IMG/VR virus record: IMGVR_UViG_3300030107_006392
Span: 1 to 57,247 of that record
DNA length: 57,247 nucleotides
Source: a virus
Taxonomy: Duplodnaviria; Caudoviricetes
Direction: 5' to 3' (one strand)
This document shows, one piece after another, positions 54,785 to 57,247 of this stretch (the first letter of the stretch is position 1; every line of letters starts with the position of its first letter). The position numbers and the translations under genes are program-made. The notes beneath the pieces were generated by a model that was not told the DNA's origin, ran no database searches, and saw only the letters and a program-made list of their open reading frames with translations.

Positions 54785-55777
54785 TTATCCTGTAAGCATT
54801 TTGTAAAGACCAAGACCACCAAGACCAGCCCCAGCCAATTGACCAGTAAACGATCCTGGTGCTTTGTATTGATAAACTTCTGATTGTGGGGTAACAGGAA
54901 CTCCCTGTAACAATCCAGCCAGATACTGAAGTTGTCTGCGCTCAAAGTCACGTTGGTTAAGAAAGTCCTGATAGGCAATATCAAGGTTTGCCTGATCCAT
55001 TTTTTGCTGGGCTGAACCAACACCTTGAAGCGCCCCTGCCTGAGCCATCTGTTGTTGGAAAAGCAATGGATCAATACCTGCTGAAGCAGCCGCTGCGTCC
55101 ATACCATACCTAGCCTCCGAAAGTCTTTCGGCACCAGTCAATTGAGCGGCTTTCATACGTGCTTCTCTGTCTCTGAGAAACTGGTCTCTAGCTTGTTGCT
55201 GGGCAGCTAAATAAGACTGTTGTCTCTGCTGAGACTCCACGTCTCCCATTCTCTGTTCAAACTTATCTCTTTCCAAAGCCTCTTCAACAGCCGCTCTACT
55301 TCCTCTACGAGTGCCTCTTGATACCCGTGCATCAGCACGTTTTCTTGCTTGTTGATCAAATATTTCTTGCCCTCTCATCCTTTGCCTATCCAGCACATCT
55401 TCTAAATAAGGGTCTTGATATTTTTTATAATCGGTACTTGGGTCATACTGATTTACTTGACCCGTGTAATCTTGCGCCTGAAAAGCCCTAGGTCCAATAT
55501 TCATAATGCCCGCATAATAATCTTGAGCATCCATCATTCCTTTGGGGGCTTGTGTTGCAGAAGCTATTGACATATCAAAAGCAGATTGTTGTTCAGGAGT
55601 AAACTGAGCTATACGAGCGCCACCATATGGATTATAAGCTTGTTGAGATAAAGACTCCCCTCGATCCAACAACCTTTCATAATATGGTTGAGCATATTGA
55701 GGAAGACTAGTTTGCGTTACTGTACTTTGCGTAGGAGTTGGACTTGGACCTCCACCACTACCACTACCTTTTCCCAT
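54785..55777 (-). CDS. Internal virion/DNA-transfer protein
   Basis: MGKG(S/G)n start, Gln/Ala-rich helices, Gly-rich hydrophobic C-terminus. Confidence 0.7.
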   Translation of the reverse strand: MGKGSGSGGGPSPTPTQSTVTQTSLPQYAQPYYERLLDRGESLSQQAYNPYGGARIAQFTPEQQSAFDMSIASATQAPKGMMDAQDYYAGIMNIGPRAFQAQDYTGQVNQYDPSTDYKKYQDPYLEDVLDRQRMRGQEIFDQQARKRADARVSRGTRRGSRAAVEEALERDKFEQRMGDVESQQRQQSYLAAQQQARDQFLRDREARMKAAQLTGAERLSEARYGMDAAAASAGIDPLLFQQQMAQAGALQGVGSAQQKMDQANLDIAYQDFLNQRDFERRQLQYLAGLLQGVPVTPQSEVYQYKAPGSFTGQLAGAGLGGLGLYKMLTG

Positions 55778-56183
55778 AAGACTTCTCCGTTATATAAAAA
55801 CTAAGGTCCCATCCAAGTTTTTTAAGGACACGAACCCATCCTCTTCGTCCAGTTAATTCAATACCTGCACACCCATTGTCACGTCCCCAGCTTTCAAGAA
55901 CATGATCTAATTTTGGCGCCCAATAACTTAAATGTTTTCCTCCTAAAAATTGCCCTGTAAGCATTCTTTTTTGAGGATACTCTGTAAAAGAAGTTGTGCA
56001 ACATGCTACAATAACTCCCTCTTCAAAAATAACCCAGAGTTGGCATTTCCCATTTCTTAACAAATGATACACATCTTCAATTAAAAACCTACCACCTGAT
56101 CTATCCACGGCTGGTTTCAAAAGGGGAGCTACTTCTTCCCAACATTCACTAATCCTATCTGGTGGTACTATTGAAACATTCAC
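55764..56183 (-). CDS. GNAT-like virion assembly protein
   Basis: QLW, YP.K..L....GG, GC..IE..GRRGW.R.L. Confidence 0.6.
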   Translation of the reverse strand: MNVSIVPPDRISECWEEVAPLLKPAVDRSGGRFLIEDVYHLLRNGKCQLWVIFEEGVIVACCTTSFTEYPQKRMLTGQFLGGKHLSYWAPKLDHVLESWGRDNGCAGIELTGRRGWVRVLKKLGWDLSFYITEKSYGKR

Positions 56184-57247
56184 CCAACCATTGCCTCTTC
56201 TAGTATCTCTTCAGCCGCACCCTCTCCCATATAAGAAGGGCGCTCTGTAGTGCCCGTAGCTTTCTTTCTTAAATTTGCTCTAGCATTATCAAGCCTTCTT
56301 GCCCCTGCTTCTGTATTTCCATCGCCCATTAAAGCTACATCATCCGCAGAAAATATATATTCTCCACCACTAAAATTTATTTCTTGATCAGGAAAGTCGC
56401 CATTTAAAATATTACCGCGCTGTATGTCATCACGCCCCCCATCTTCCCCTGCAATAAGGCCATCTGGATTTCCAATTCTACGAGCAGATTCTTCTTGTAT
56501 AACCAAAGTCCTTAGTGCATCAAAAGCTTCAGGACCAAAGTAGGAAACAAACGATTCGATTGCTACCTCTGGTTGGGGATGCTCCCCACGAACCGCATCA
56601 ACAGCTTCTTGAGTTAACATCAAAGCTACTTCATCTTGTCCACCAGAAGGTATAGAAGCAATACCTTCAGCCATAACAGACTCTTCTTCTAAAGATCCAC
56701 CTTCCTGTCTATAAACACCTTCTCCAAAGAACATTCCTTCTGGACCAAACCCATACTGAGTTAAATCTTGTTGAGCTAATCCTGTTCTTGTTAAAGGAGA
56801 ACCTTGGAAAGTTTCTCCTGAACCACGATAGCTTCCTCCTGATGTTCCTTCACCAGGCATAGGTCCAGAATATTCAGGCATCATAGATGAATCAGCAACC
56901 GTTCCTCCTAATGCTCCGAATGATGCACCTGTACTAAGCGGATTATCAAGCATAGATTCAGTTACCTTTCGAGCGCCTTCTTTTAAACCACCAAGACCTT
57001 TTGATAACGCACTATCAATCCCAGAAACTCCAGTTAAACTAGTAGTTGTATCAATCCCTGTTAATGGATCAAATTTTCTTGTAAACGCTTTAGGATCTAA
57101 ACCTTGTGCGTCAGCTAATGTATCTATTGATTCTCTTGGACCAAAAGTTTGTGAACCAGAAACAATTCTATCAGGAGTTCCACCTATAGCTTGGCTAAGA
57201 CCACCAAGAGCGGCGCTTCCAATTCCTGCCGTAAGACCAGCAGTCAT
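56180..57247 (-). CDS. Internal virion/ejection protein, 3' part (5' part is at 334-1179)
   Basis: GG.DD, S.GEYIF.AD.V...GDGN.EAGA..L C-terminal domain; overlap with the left end. Confidence 0.75.
   Translation of the reverse strand: MTAGLTAGIGSAALGGLSQAIGGTPDRIVSGSQTFGPRESIDTLADAQGLDPKAFTRKFDPLTGIDTTTSLTGVSGIDSALSKGLGGLKEGARKVTESMLDNPLSTGASFGALGGTVADSSMMPEYSGPMPGEGTSGGSYRGSGETFQGSPLTRTGLAQQDLTQYGFGPEGMFFGEGVYRQEGGSLEEESVMAEGIASIPSGGQDEVALMLTQEAVDAVRGEHPQPEVAIESFVSYFGPEAFDALRTLVIQEESARRIGNPDGLIAGEDGGRDDIQRGNILNGDFPDQEINFSGGEYIFSADDVALMGDGNTEAGARRLDNARANLRKKATGTTERPSYMGEGAAEEILEEAMVG

Noticed and set aside
54781-55134. N-terminal extension of the 905-aa ORF
   Set aside because: Overlaps the 54785-55777 gene in another frame; ATG 54780 follows that gene's stop and an AGGA RBS

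Overview
The window is an apparently complete ~56.9 kb dsDNA tailed phage genome (podovirus-like), circularly permuted. The two ends overlap but carry two different in-frame alleles of one ejection-protein segment. The minus strand holds the late module: TerS, TerL, portal, GroES, scaffold, major capsid, adaptors, tail fibres, nozzle, ejection proteins including a 2658-aa polyvalent protein, and lysis genes. The plus strand holds an early operon (promoter, structured RNA, AAA+/DUF3150-like/vWA-metallopeptidase triad) and a recombination/methylase block, divergent from a RusA/primase-helicase block. I recognise no DNA polymerase, RNA polymerase or integrase. A CtrA-type box hints at an alphaproteobacterial host (inference). 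The most interesting signals are: (1) the giant ejected protein is divided into effector cassettes by five [D/S]-[K/R]-Q-A-R junction motifs downstream of its own HExxH protease, suggesting a self-processing injected polyprotein; (2) two plus-strand units share one design (IHF-like site, sigma70 promoter, 5' hairpin, long closing stem), one enclosing a multi-hairpin non-coding RNA and the other a whole ORF. All family assignments come from motif recognition by eye; no searches were run.
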